From Takakia lepidozioides (Eukaryota > Plantae > Bryophyta): 64,000 nt of DNA. The DNA is taken from NCBI GenBank assembly GCA_030704615.1, contig CM060733.1, positions 59,892,001 through 59,956,000 on the forward strand. Direction: 5' to 3'. The translations under genes and the position numbers were made by a program. Each line of letters starts with the position of its first letter. Within the stretch, counting starts at the first letter, position 1. The notes beneath the pieces were generated by a model. It saw nothing but the letters and a program-made list of their open reading frames with translations, was not told the DNA's origin and did not search any database. This document shows, one piece after another, positions 51,682 to 63,517 of the stretch.

Positions 51682-52206
51682 AGTCAATTATATTAAATGA
51701 GATATTCTTGGCTTACAGGCATAAGTTGGAAAAAGACCTTTTTCTTTTTTAGAAAAGAGATATTCTTGGCTTCCAGGCTTAAATTGGAAAAAGAACTTTT
51801 TCTTTTCTAGAAAAAGACCTTTTCTCGGCAAAATACTTTTAGTTGTCTTTTTATCTTATGCACTTTTTGAGACATCACTTATTCGACAGTATAAGGTTTG
51901 CATTTGAAACTTGGGTTTTTAAGTCTACGTTACAGACATGGAGCAGTGAGGATGATGACTTGTCTCTTCACCACATCTCAATTTATGGCTGCATACTGAT
52001 TGACTGTAGTGGTGCTGCAGCCTGCTAAGAGGACAACATATTCAAGCCTGGGAGCAGACCGAGTCTTCTCTCCTGTGGAGAGGGAACTTGTTTCTGACAT
52101 TGTGAGTTTCTGGCCCTGATCTGAAAGTTCTATGTGCATGTGACAAAAATATATCAACAAAAAAAACATATGAGAAGACTCGTAGGAAGGGGACACCACC
52201 CATGAA

Positions 52207-52499
52207 CCGGGGAGAAGAGTATGCCACACCCGTCAGTAGCAAGATTCGACCCCAGAATCGTCTCGGTCGCACTTAGTGCACCTAGCCAACTGAGCTACCG
52301 ACCGTTGGTTTTTAACTCCCCAATGGTAAATCACAAAAAATCACGGAAATCACTGCAGAGAAGCCAACGTCGACACACACAAGGAATCTGATACTCAGAG
52401 TGCCTGCACATCTTCCAATGATATGAAAAACTCTGGTCTACAACTCCTAGTAGAAGTCTATCTTAACGCTATTTGGTTCACTTGACTCACCGCCAAGTG
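52207..52499 (-). repeat. Left ~290-bp inverted repeat containing a tRNA-like sequence (52232-52302)
   Basis: Near-identical inverse of 58911-59213. Confidence 0.95.
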
Positions 52500-52731
52500 A
52501 GTTTTTGGATCTTGCTATTGCCTTCGTTCAGCTAGAGCTAGTACCGACTGTGCCTTGGGAGCTCATGGTCCCTCTGGCCCTGGGGTAGTTATGGTAGAGT
52601 ACTTCTTGTGTGGCAGATGACTTGGGGAAAAAGTTGTTAATATTGCCGGCTGTCTATTCAGGTCTTCTCCCATCGTGTATCTTGATAAAATACTATCAAG
52701 GGTGGTCAGCCTGCAAGATACAGCTCCAGAT

Positions 52732-53738
52732 ATGGCGGATACAACTTATGGTAGTATTGAGGCGTTGCTTCAGAATTTTTTGAAAGAAGAGACCGTTGGA
52801 GCTTTTGGTACAAAACTTGCCTCCAGCATGTATACTGTAGCTACATTGCTAGAGATGTCAGAGCAGGAGCTCGATGAGATTATGGATGAAGAGTTTCCAG
52901 AGGCTGCCAGGGGGGACATAAGAGGATTCAAGAAAGCAATTTTGTCCAAAAAGCGAAAGCCAACCCAAGTATTGCCAGTATTGCCAGGTATTGCAAGCTG
53001 AATTTAGTATCTATTTACGTGGGCTGAAAATTTACCTTAATGATGTCCATTGTTGCTGGGATAGTTATTCATTTGGTTTCCTTTTGTTGTGTCTGATGCT
53101 TTGGTTTGCCCCATGTGTGGAATATGAGCTAATACTTCACTAATGAGAAGTTATGAGAGAGTCTGGTGAACGTTGATGGGTTGCCTAGGGCAGCATAAGC
53201 CCGTCTGTTTTTATGTCTGCAAGTCTGATGATGGGGAGGCTCTTTTAGTGCAAGCAGTCAATGAAGAGAAGATCAAGTGCTTAGGGTTTTGCAGTTTATC
53301 TGTTTCGTCATTGAGCCTTTGGCTGGACTCGTTTTTGTTAGCTCTGAGTTTGTGAATCAACGATCTTTCAGAATATTGTGTCAAACCATTCCTAAGTGCT
53401 GAGGGTTTGCAGATTAGTTTTTTTCTCAGCTATGGCTACTGTAAGGGTTGAGCACCTCAGCACACCTCGAGTATTCTTGGTTGGTCACATACGTCTGTTG
53501 TGGGGATACTTCTTTTGTAGCACCTACAGCAGGCTTTTCTTCCTGGTTTTGTTGCTTTTCTTTGCTTTTCTGTCTTGAGTTCGAGTAGTTTAAGCAGTCA
53601 ATGAACACAAGGTCAGGTGCTTAAGGTTTGCAAATAATTTATTTATTCCGTAGGATGGAATCTGCTCAGATTCAAGATTGGATTGTCGCACCCGCAGCTT
53701 CCATTCGCTTCCCTCCCAGCAATTTCAAGCTCTCTTTA

Positions 53739-53774
<36 letters not shown>

Positions 53775-56700
53775 TGTACTTGTTCGCTATCGGTCTTTTG
53801 CGCAAGTGTGCACCGCAGCACTAAAGTTCATTACTGCATGTTAGCCACACCGTACCGTGGGCCCAGGTTATGTAGATTCTTGGCACCTTGAATTCAGAAT
53901 CTTTGCTTGATTATGACCTGTTGTTCTACATGCCCACATACTCATGCAGGTATGCTTTAGGACCGTGTAGGTGAGATTCTTCCGGAGCTGTTAGGGGTTT
54001 GTGCTAAAATGTGTTTTGCTAGCTCATTGAAGTGTAAAGTGTGGAGGGTAAAAAGTGGACTAGAAAGTGTTAGCAATTCTTGTTCCTGGGTGGGTCCTTG
54101 GCAGACACGGTTGTTTGTTATTTAGATGTCGAATTCTGGATGTGCACTCAGGGTTGCGCGCTCCTGGCAACTAGGTGTGGTGTAAGTTTCTTCGCTGCGT
54201 TCACCCATCAGGGTGTCAGCTAGTGCATCACGTGATGCAACTGTCGCATGTTGATGTCCAATCCAGCACCTTGGACATTTTATTTTGTCATTTCAGTGCA
54301 TGTTCCACTATGTTGAAATCTTGTTTTGTTTTTTCAAGCACCTGATCCTTGTGGTGGTCTGAGTTTCTTAGGGCTCTGCGGCCTGAGTTTACTGATCGTG
54401 AGGTTCAAGTACTGAGTTTGTCGTCACCAGATCATTTGCTCCTTTTGAAGAGGAAATGATAATAGAGCACCTGCCTCTCAGCAATCTTGAGCTTGATCTC
54501 ATGGGTCCACCAATTTACTGCTCTACCACAGATAATTAGTTTCCTTCCATGACTCGGGTTAGGGTTTCAAATCTTCATCTGATTTTTGTTACGTCTCTTG
54601 CTTCTTGGTTGAACGGTGTTGTGTCTGTCTTCGCAGCCTACTTTCTGTGTGGGATTGTTGGTTATGGAAACCAGGGTGTCAGATAGTGCGTCATGGAGAG
54701 AGTCTGGTGAATGTCGATGGGTTGCCTAGGGCAGTCTGAGCCCGTTTGTTTTTATGTCTGCAATTCTGATGATGGGCAGGCACATTTGAATTCTTGCAAG
54801 ACAATTGGGCAGTTGATTGTTGAACCCGCTGCAGTTGCTGATTTGTTCAATGATTCGTTCAATGCGTAGCTTGGAGTCAAGTGTTTGCAATTTTTGTGGT
54901 TTCTTGGCTGCGTTGTGCACTCAGGGTTTCAACAGCTTCTCCCAATCCCGTGTGTGATCCTGTGTACGGTTGATACATGCAGTTTATTCATTCGATAGAT
55001 CCATGTTAACAAGTAAAATATGAGGGGGGTCCTTTGAAAGACACGGTTGTTTGTTAGGACAGGGTATTTCAAACTGAATCTAGTATCTTGAGATATTTGC
55101 ATATTTTTAGCATTACAAGCAGCTTCTTGGTAGCGTTTATGGTTTGTTTTTTTTTCGTTATGTTTTTTGCTTTGAACCCTCTGAAGCTGCTGGTATGTTA
55201 TCAATAGTATAGTGATTGCTGTCCTTACACCCTCTTCTATTTTTATTCCAAGTCGTTTTGTTGGTTGATACTTGTGGTTTATTCTTTTGTAGCACCCCCA
55301 GCAGGTAACAGGGTTTGCACTTGAAGGTTTCCAGACCTAAAGGACTATTATTTTCTTAAGGTCGGTCAGATTGCGGCAGATGAGGGCAGGTTTAAAGTGT
55401 TCTGCGTTCTTGTCTTCTTTTCTCTTCGGTGTGTTACGTTTTCCCAGTCTATATACATTGTCTATCACTGTTGTGGTTCTTGCCAAGATCCAGGTAGGGT
55501 ACATGTATTGGTTGTGCAATTGTTGGTCTTATGATGATTGGCTGTAAGGCCAACCATAATCTTTTGTCATTACGACCATGGTGGGTTAAGTTTATGTCAC
55601 TGTACAACTTCTCCCAGTAAAGCCTCTTCTGATCCCTTACAAGCTGATTGACCTCTTTACGCAGTTGGTAGTATCTAGACCAGAGCATTTTTTCATCTTT
55701 GATATTACAGCAGTCCTTATAGAGCGCCTGCCTCTCAGCAATCTTGAGCTTGACCTCATGGGTCCACCAATTTACTGCTCTACCACAGATAATTAGTTTC
55801 CTTCCATGACTCTATCAGCAGCAGAAGTGGCAAAGCTCTCCCAAGAATCTACAGCACCTTCTACCTCCCTCCTTGTATCACCATGGGCAAGAGGAGAGAT
55901 CTTGAAGTGACTGTGTAAAGTGTGGGAGGGCCTCTTTCAAGGCCAGGACATACTCTGTGATGGATGGAGTCTGACATATATGCAGTGGGAGAGAGATTTG
56001 GGAAGAGATTGAAAACTTCTGAATATTCCATGACTGATAGAGATCGGTGTGTGCTCAGATAATTTAGTTTGTCCTCGGTTTAGGGTTTAGGGTTACAGGA
56101 TGCTGCCATACAACAGCAGTTTCATCAGTAATTCCATGGTAAGAGTTTGGATGAATGCAGATCTTTTGAAATTTGACAAAATCTGACATTTGCAGGGGGA
56201 GAGAGATCTGCGAAGAGATTGAAAACCTCTGGAAACGGGTTTTCAGGTAGAGCTACTCTGTTACTTGGCCTTCCCTTCCATGTTCCCCTTCTCTTTGCAT
56301 TTTCTTTGGTCATAGGCTTTGTTGGTGTATCTTTTGTATTGTTCAATTATTTGCAAGATAGGATGCTCTTATTTTTCTTCAGATACATGGATCTGTCAGG
56401 AGTGACGGAAAGTGTGTGGGTTTTGCTTACAGAATCAGTGAAGGTGGTTATGCAAGAATGGAAATTGAAATTTTCTGAGTTTTTGGACACGTTCAAAAAG
56501 ATGGGGTGCAATTTGTCTATACAGAACGGTGTGCCACTCGACCACCGTGGTTATCCAAGCATTTTACTGGATAAATTAACTGCTCGTTGGACTGAAGATG
56601 TTGGTGATTTGTGGGAACGAGCGAATGATGGCTCGACTGGTGTTGTGCCAGTTGTTGGAGTGAGTGGGAGTGGGAAAACTCGGTTTCTTTACGAGCTGCT

Positions 56701-58470
56701 TGCAGAGAAGTGGGGTTTTTATTGGACAGCTAAAACCAAAGCAAACGGTGGGTCAGATGATGTCGCCTCTGTGAGTTATCACGAGTTAGAGGTCGATAAG
56801 GCAATGAATCACAGGAATGTGATGAAACGTATGAGGTGTGCCATTCTTTCAAGGTTGTTAATCTTGGAATTTTGTCACCAAGAAATTCCTGATTTGAGTC
56901 CTCTGCAATGGCTCATGCTCCAGGTGCAATTCCGTGCTTTCCTTGGTGCAGATCGTAACGATCTATATGATGTGCTTACTCATAAACTTTTTAACGTGGT
57001 TACTTCCCTGGAAGATTCAGAGGGGCTAAATGCTAGGATAGAAAAACTGTGGACGGATTTAGAGGGGAAGGTTGGCACTTTCACTGTAGTTCTGGATGAA
57101 GCGCAGGTGTTGGGAAGGAAAAATGTAAATGACTATGAATCCCCCGAGACGAAAGAGCTAAGGTCCATTTTTTCTCCGATGATCGAAGCCCTAGTGAGGC
57201 CATCTACGGCGTTGCCAAAGCAGAAAGTATTTGTTGCTGGTACAGGTGTCAGCTTTTTGAAGCTGGAAGCGGACGTAGGTTCGCTGATTGCAAAAGAAGG
57301 GGGTGGTGGCCCGGTTCAATTTTCTTCTGCTCCATTTTCTTCATGGACAGATGTGCGTCAGGTTCTGAAATTCTGCAGCGAGTACCTGAAGCTAGAGGAT
57401 GATCATATGGAGGACAATGCCCAGTATCTGCTGGAAAAGTTCAGAGGCCGTCGAAGGTGTTTGGTAAGTTGTGTCGAGCGCCTTCTGGAGGAAGATGGGA
57501 TATAACGGTAGTAGACAACTATTTCAAGGAGATCACAAGCAACACCAATGACAGCACTTCCATTTATTATGCTGTGAGCGCTCTGTGTGGAGCAAAAGGC
57601 ACATTTGTCCTGAAAGAAGAATCATTCAATGGTGCTTCCTTGGTGCAAAGAATAGGAACCTCCTTTGCCTATAAAGGAAGGGGAGAACATACCGTTTCAA
57701 CGGACGGAGATATGACTTTGCTCGAGTGTGGCCTTGGACAGCTACACCATTCAACAGGTTCCCAATTCACTTTCTCTATAGTCGAACCGACAGTCCATCA
57801 TAGCATCATGAACTATTTGACGATCAACCATTCATTTGAGAAATCACTTAAAGACTACATGGTTGATTGCAAGGATGATCCCAGTGCAATGGGTAGGGCA
57901 TGGGAGAAACTTTTCACAGTTCATGTGGCCAAGCTGTTTGACGGCACAAAATGGTTGGCCGATATGTGCTGTTTCAAGGATGCAACCCTGCCTCCAAAAT
58001 TCGCAAGGGACAAGCCAACGATTACCGGTGAAGGTGAAGGAGTGTGGAGGGAGTCATATAGGATCCACACCGTAAGTAAATTTCTTGATGCTGAAGAGAA
58101 ATCTCGTCCGCCATGCCTCATATTTGACGACAGATCTGGAGCTGATGTTCTTTTTGTTGTGAGACTTGGGAATTTGAAGATTCCTGTCTTCTGTCAACTG
58201 AAGCTGCGATCTGAGGTGCAGTGGGCTAGAGCAGTGGCAACTACAGATCCGGAACAGATGTACAAGAATAGTTCCGAGTCCAAAACGAGGGTGCTTGCCG
58301 CATGCAAAGATGGTTGCATCAGCTTGGTAGTTGCCTATCCTGCAAAGAAGCCAGCTAAACTCCAATCTGAATGCCAAGATAATCGTTTAATTGGCTATAT
58401 TGGACAGGTAGAAGCGGAGGATTTGTTTGACCGCGTGTTATGTGATTTCTTACGTTCTATCAAGGAGTGA
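52732..58470 (+). CDS. Crinkler/RHS (CR)-type protein: SAM-like header + P-loop NTPase + PD-(D/E)xK nuclease; one frameshift at ~57500
   Basis: Exon 52732-52987 (LLEMSEQELDEI...GDIRGFKKAI, SAM-like); phase-compatible mini-exon 56196-56246; main exon from 56400 with GVSGSGKT (Walker A), VVLDEAQ (Walker B), MGRAWE and GADVLF...VFCQLK (restriction-endonuclease fold). Confidence 0.8.
55330..55975 (-). mobile_element. Non-LTR retrotransposon ORF2 fragment in the CR-gene intron; 55719-55812 is duplicated at 54462-54554
   Basis: WSRYYQLRKEVNQLVRDQKRLYWEKL...KRLW resembles the EN-RT linker of LINE ORF2. The 93-bp duplication is read directly. Confidence 0.55.
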
Positions 58471-58910
58471 CGGGGACAAATTTTGTGATGGCTCATGGAG
58501 TATTGAGAAGGTGAGATTCATTGGGATACTGGCTCTATTTTTTTGTGTTTGGTGACATTTCTATATTCTCTTGTTGCTGTCACACCTTTCCACGCTATAG
58601 AAGTATACTACTAAGTTAGACTGCTTCTGTATTCAACCATGGACCAACTTCAAGAACCTGTGAAAAAGGGACACAAATTAATGACAAGTATGTTTTCATG
58701 AACCAATCAATGAGTTCATCAGCTTTGTGTTACACTGATACGATGGTGTGACAAGTTTGCAGGAATTCCAGAATAATTTTGTTTCCAGGGGAGTCGGCAG
58801 GTCAATTGGTTCAACACCAAGGCGCGGTTGTGTGTTGTAGTGCACTGGGCATCAGGTGCCATTGAGAATGGAGATTAGGTGTGAATATTCTTGAAGTTGT
58901 GTTTTGGCTA

Positions 58911-59213
58911 CACTTGGCGGTGAGTCAAGTGAACCAAATAGCGTTAAGATAGACTTCTACTAGGAGTTGTAGACCAGAGTTTTTCATATCATTGGAAGAT
59001 GTGCAGGCACTCTGAGTATCAGATTCCTTGTGTGTGTCGACGTTGGCTTCTCTGCAGTGATTTCCGTGATCACTTTTGATTTTTTGTGATTTACCATTCG
59101 GAAATTAAAAACCAACAGTCGGTAGCTCAGTTGGCTAAGTGCACTAAGTGCGACCGAGGCGATTCTGGGGTCGAATCTTGCTACTGACGGGTGTGGCATA
59201 CTCTTCTCCCCGG
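58911..59213 (+). repeat. Right ~300-bp inverted repeat containing a tRNA-like sequence (59117-59188)
   Basis: Acceptor-like stem GTCGGTA/TACTGAC, A box TAGCTCAGTTGG, B box GGTCGAATC; anticodon arm not canonical. Confidence 0.95.
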
Positions 59214-59654
59214 GTCCTGGTCCCCTTCCTATGCCTCGCTGTGCGGGTTACTGTGAAAGAGGTTATTTTCTCCTCTCACTGTTAAGGGGCCTGATCTGTG
59301 AGCTGTCTCCCCAAGGTGTTCCCCTTTTTTTTAGAAAACAACAATAAAGTAAAATAAAATAAAAGAATAAATGCAAATACGTGAAGAATACAAATATATG
59401 AAGAGGTACAAATACATGAAGAAATCAAAAGTGCTTTTTATTTCGGAACAAAGGGAGTAAAAGATGAAAACCATTATTTAGAGGTCACCTTATTTGTGTC
59501 ACTATGCACTAGTAATGTACAAGTCAAAAAAATTAATGTAAGACATTGATATATAGTGACCTACAAAGTTGCACAAATTGTTGGGGTGATTTTTACATTT
59601 TGGAGCTGGGCTGCATGCAGGGGCGGGCTGCCCTTCAATTTTCTTAGAGCCCAA

Positions 59655-60167
59655 CTAAACCGGCAAATCGCAGATCTCATAAGGGGGCACCGCCACCTCG
59701 TGCATGTCAGGAAATGGGCCCTCCACTTGCTGACTGGGGAACCATTCGTTCGCCCTTTCCATCAATTTGGTTGATCCCAAACTCGTCCACGACCTCTTAG
59801 ATGGTATGTAGAACAGCAAGGGTTGACCCGCCATCATCCCATCGTCTGCAATGTTAATAACTCCAGAGCGCACTGAGATAAGCCACATCATCACACACTT
59901 CGTTCCACGTGCCCGGTAATCCATAAAAAAAATAGTGATACGAACATTTATCGGTCTCCATTTTTTTCGATCAACGTTGCTCTTAATTCGATAAAGACCC
60001 CTGGACACGTTATGTGGCCTTCTCTGTGCCATATTCCTTTTCAACCATTGGGACCCGTTCATCCCACGAAATTCATATTCATTCACTCGATTATCCCTCG
60101 GCACATGAAAATGCAGTGTTGTTTTTAGGTGCCACAAAGCCCGGCCCCAAAGGTAAGGCATGCGCAC
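59655..60167 (-). CDS. Hypothetical protein (probable TE cargo)
   Basis: Open 170-aa ORF with globular composition, downstream of a GC-rich repeat. No family recognised. Confidence 0.3.
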   Translation of the reverse strand: MRMPYLWGRALWHLKTTLHFHVPRDNRVNEYEFRGMNGSQWLKRNMAQRRPHNVSRGLYRIKSNVDRKKWRPINVRITIFFMDYRARGTKCVMMWLISVRSGVINIADDGMMAGQPLLFYIPSKRSWTSLGSTKLMERANEWFPSQQVEGPFPDMHEVAVPPYEICDLPV

Positions 60168-60224
60168 CGAGCTAGAAAATATGACTAGAAGGGGACTTAT
60201 ACCTTACGGTTTACGGATCGAGGG

Positions 60225-60615
60225 TGGTGGCCGGGGCTGAGGCGCGGCGTGGGGGGGATGGGGGGGGGGGCGTGGTGGCCGGGGCTGAGGTGCATCAGAG
60301 CGGTGGCGTGGGGGGGGGAGGAGGGTGGGTGGTGGCTGGGGCTGAGGCGCGGCGTGGGGGGGATGGGGGGGGGGGGGGGGGTGGTGGGCGGGGCTGAGGT
60401 GCATCGGAGCGGTGGCGTGGTGGGGGGGCTGAGGGCTGGGGCTGAGGGGCGGCAAAATGGCGGCGTGGGGGGTTGGCTGGGGCTGAGGCGCGGCGGAGTG
60501 GTGGAGTGGGGGGGAAGGCGGGGGTAAGGTGCGGCAGAGCAGTGATGGCTGGGGCCGAGGCGCGGCAAAGAGGTGGTGTGCGGGGGGGTGGGCGGTGTCT
60601 GGGGCTAAGGCGGGT
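60225..60615 (+). repeat. G-rich minisatellite (GGGGCTGAGGCGCGGCG-type units)
   Basis: About 9 GGGGCTGAGG units with G runs. Confidence 0.9.
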
Positions 60616-61545
60616 TCACATAAAGTGTCAAAACAAGTGTAGCAGTACAACGCGGATGCACCGGTTGCAAGATAAACACAATCCGGGCAAATAAGTTTTA
60701 GGGGGGCCAGTTATGCACCCCTGGAAAAATTTCAGATCCTGTGAATCAAACCTGAAAGGAGAGATCCTGAGAGACAGAAAACTAGAATAGAAGTATGCGA
60801 GGTGTCCTGAAATGCAACTGCAAACCTATGCAAGAGGCAAATGTGCGTATGAGAACTATTTCACTGGATGCATAGGAGAATAGAACCCTATCTCTGTTTC
60901 GCAAGAGAATGGACACACTAGGAACAACTTAGATGCAGATCTCACATGCACTACTCGAGAGGGAGTTTATGGCATGCCGTATAGACACAGAGCTCATAAC
61001 AATGCAATGATCTAAAGCAGGGGATACAAACACATCTAAAACTCCACAACTTCAAAGGGTGAGACCACGAGGCAAGATCATGCAAAGTAGTGAAGCCAAA
61101 TCTTTGGGGGCTGCTATTTCATGAGCCATGAGCAGAGTCGTAAGTGTCAAAAAAAACATGAGCAGGACTATTTTCCGGAAATGAGTGTCCGCGGGAATAG
61201 GGTTTAGGGTGTCACGGTCATAGGGGGAGAAGGACCTCCCGATGAAGGAGGTTCGGCAATGTTTTTTAAAATTACATATTGAAAGGCAATGTTTCACGAA
61301 TGGTAGGGTGGTACTGATCTGTACAATGGGGGCCCATTTCAGCCTATCAGTCACTTGCAAAATCCACCCACACTCCCAATCCCAAACGAAATGAGGAATG
61401 ACGCATTTTGGGAACGATGGATACAGAATAGAACAAAAAGAGGGCACAATGGGGTTTTTATTGATCCACATGAATTGCATTTGAAGCACGTCTACTATGC
61501 TGATTGTGCAAACAAATCTTTAGCCCTGTGCCTTCTGAATACAAG

Positions 61546-62390
61546 TCACGTTGTCAATGGGACTTCGACTGCTCTGAGAACTAGCTCATGAGTCTTCGGG
61601 CTCCTCCAGGTAAATTGGATTGCAGCCGTTGTACCGCCCCTGTTGATGTTCACCACAATGTCCTGCCCTTCAATCATACCACCATCGAATATGGAAAGCT
61701 TCACGTTTTTGCCGTCCACACCAATGCGAATGTCCCCATACAATGGAGAAGATGAGCGCACTCCTTCAGGAGTATGTCTCTCCGATGGAGTCCACCCACG
61801 TCCACTGGCAGCAGTTCCACCGCAACAGCATAGCAGTGCGCATTCTTCTGCATGGGTGCCCGTCGTAGTTGGGAAAATCGGAATCAAGGATGCGCAGGAG
61901 CCACGGACTCCTCAGACCAAGATCGTCACCCCCGCTCGAAGGCGTACTGGCCTGGGAGATACTCAAAAGCGGACAATGTTTCCACATTCGAACCAGTATC
62001 TTCTGTGTAATCTGTGTACCAGATAACGATGTCTCCCAATGTGGCCGAATACATTGCATAATCGATGCCTCCATAAGGGCAGTCGTCCCGGTTCCGGAAG
62101 CACGGCATCCTTGCAAAGGAGGACCTGAGGACGTCTTTGATGCCGATGACAATGACCTTGCGGACAGCAACGAAGCCCTTAGATTTTCGAAATGATGAGA
62201 AGCGGAAGAGCAGTGCGGGCTCCAATAATGGACCATCTGGGTCACAAGTACCCACCAATCATCGTGTAACGTGTTCAACAAGCCAGTGGTGGATGAACCG
62301 ATACCTCTTTCTCATCCACGGGGTATAGTTTGAAATCTGCCACCGAAGTCCATCCCCCGGATGGAAATTTGGCGCCGCATTTACATCGAA
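61546..62390 (-). pseudogene. Unknown protein, paralogue 1 (frameshifted)
   Basis: MPC.RN..DCPY...DYAM, WNCCQWT, YGDIR, DGGMI.G.DIVV and ELVLRA.EVP are shared with the plus-strand paralogue. Confidence 0.7.
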
Positions 62391-63242
62391 GGGGGGATGG
62401 ACTTCGTCGTCTCGAGTGGCTATAGGCCCACCTGGCACTTACTGCCCATAGTTTGCATGGCAGGGAAGGAAACCGAAACGGCTACATTCATGGATGAGCC
62501 AATCTTCATCCGTGCAGGTTCCTGTCGGGGGAAATTTAAATGTGCCCTGGAGTGTTTGTGAGGAATTGCAGCGTTTGCTTGAATTTCTTCCAGCCACCGC
62601 GCTGCTACCTCCTCCATCCGGGAGCTGCTGTCATTGAGCGTACTGCGCTACTCTTTTTCAGGGATGCCGTGCCGCCGAAATCCTGCTGACTGCCCTTATC
62701 ATGGCCACGATTATGCTATGTTCAAACCAGAATCAGGAGGCATCATTGTCTGGCTTTCACTTTTCACAGACGCATCTGGAATCAAGCGGGAGTCTTTGCG
62801 CACAATGGAGTATCTGGAGGGCTATTACCGCTTTGAGCGAGGTGAGGGCGAGGGTCAATGCGGTCCGTGGGTCCTGAAAATTGTTGACCTCAATATACCA
62901 AGGTGGAATGGGATGCCGGACAGATCACGCACGGCCTCACTTTGGTGCTGGAACTGCTGCCAGTGGACCAGGGAGGACGGCACCGGGGAAAACTATATTC
63001 GTGGAGTTCACTCCGCTTTTCCAGTGTATGGAGACATTCGGCTGAGTTGCGAAGACGAATCGCACGGGCACAAGAGGCCCACAGTGACCTTGTCAATGTA
63101 TGATGGTGGTATGATTGATGGGCATGACATTGTCGTCAGCTCCACCAAGGGCACCAGATCGACCGCATTGCAGTTTACCTCGAGATGCCGCATCAGTAAT
63201 GAGCTTGTTTTGAGGGCTATCGAAGTTCCGTCGACTTGGTGA
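62361..63242 (+). pseudogene. Unknown protein, paralogue 2 (202-aa open part 62634-63242)
   Basis: Same conserved blocks as 61546-62390; 5' part interrupted by stops. Confidence 0.7.
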
Positions 63243-63517
63243 CACCCATGTAGAAGGAGGAAGGGCTTAGATTTGTCTGGAGTTGCTAAATGTGAGACAC
63301 CGTGTTCGATCAATAAAACAACCCATCGTACCTCACTTCTGTGTGTTTGTGTTTCATCGTGTTCAAGAACTGCCGTAATTGGCCCACTGTTTACAATTAG
63401 AGGTCTCATTTCTACAATGTGTCTGTCCATATGAATATACCAGAGTCAGCGATATCACAATCCTGAGGTGAAGAAAATCCATGTATGAGTTGTAGGAAAC
63501 ATGTACACGCCGAAGCT

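Noticed and set aside
51990-52130. Hammerhead ribozyme downstream of the Penelope-like RT
   Set aside because: Only partial CTGA words; I could not assemble the CUGANGA...GAAA core with stems by eye.
59117-59188. Functional tRNA gene (also 52232-52302)
   Set aside because: Acceptor stem and A/B boxes are present but there is no proper anticodon stem-loop; treated as tRNA-derived.
60197-60694. Pro-rich and Gly-rich ORFs (extensin-like)
   Set aside because: Translations of a G-rich minisatellite, open in several frames.
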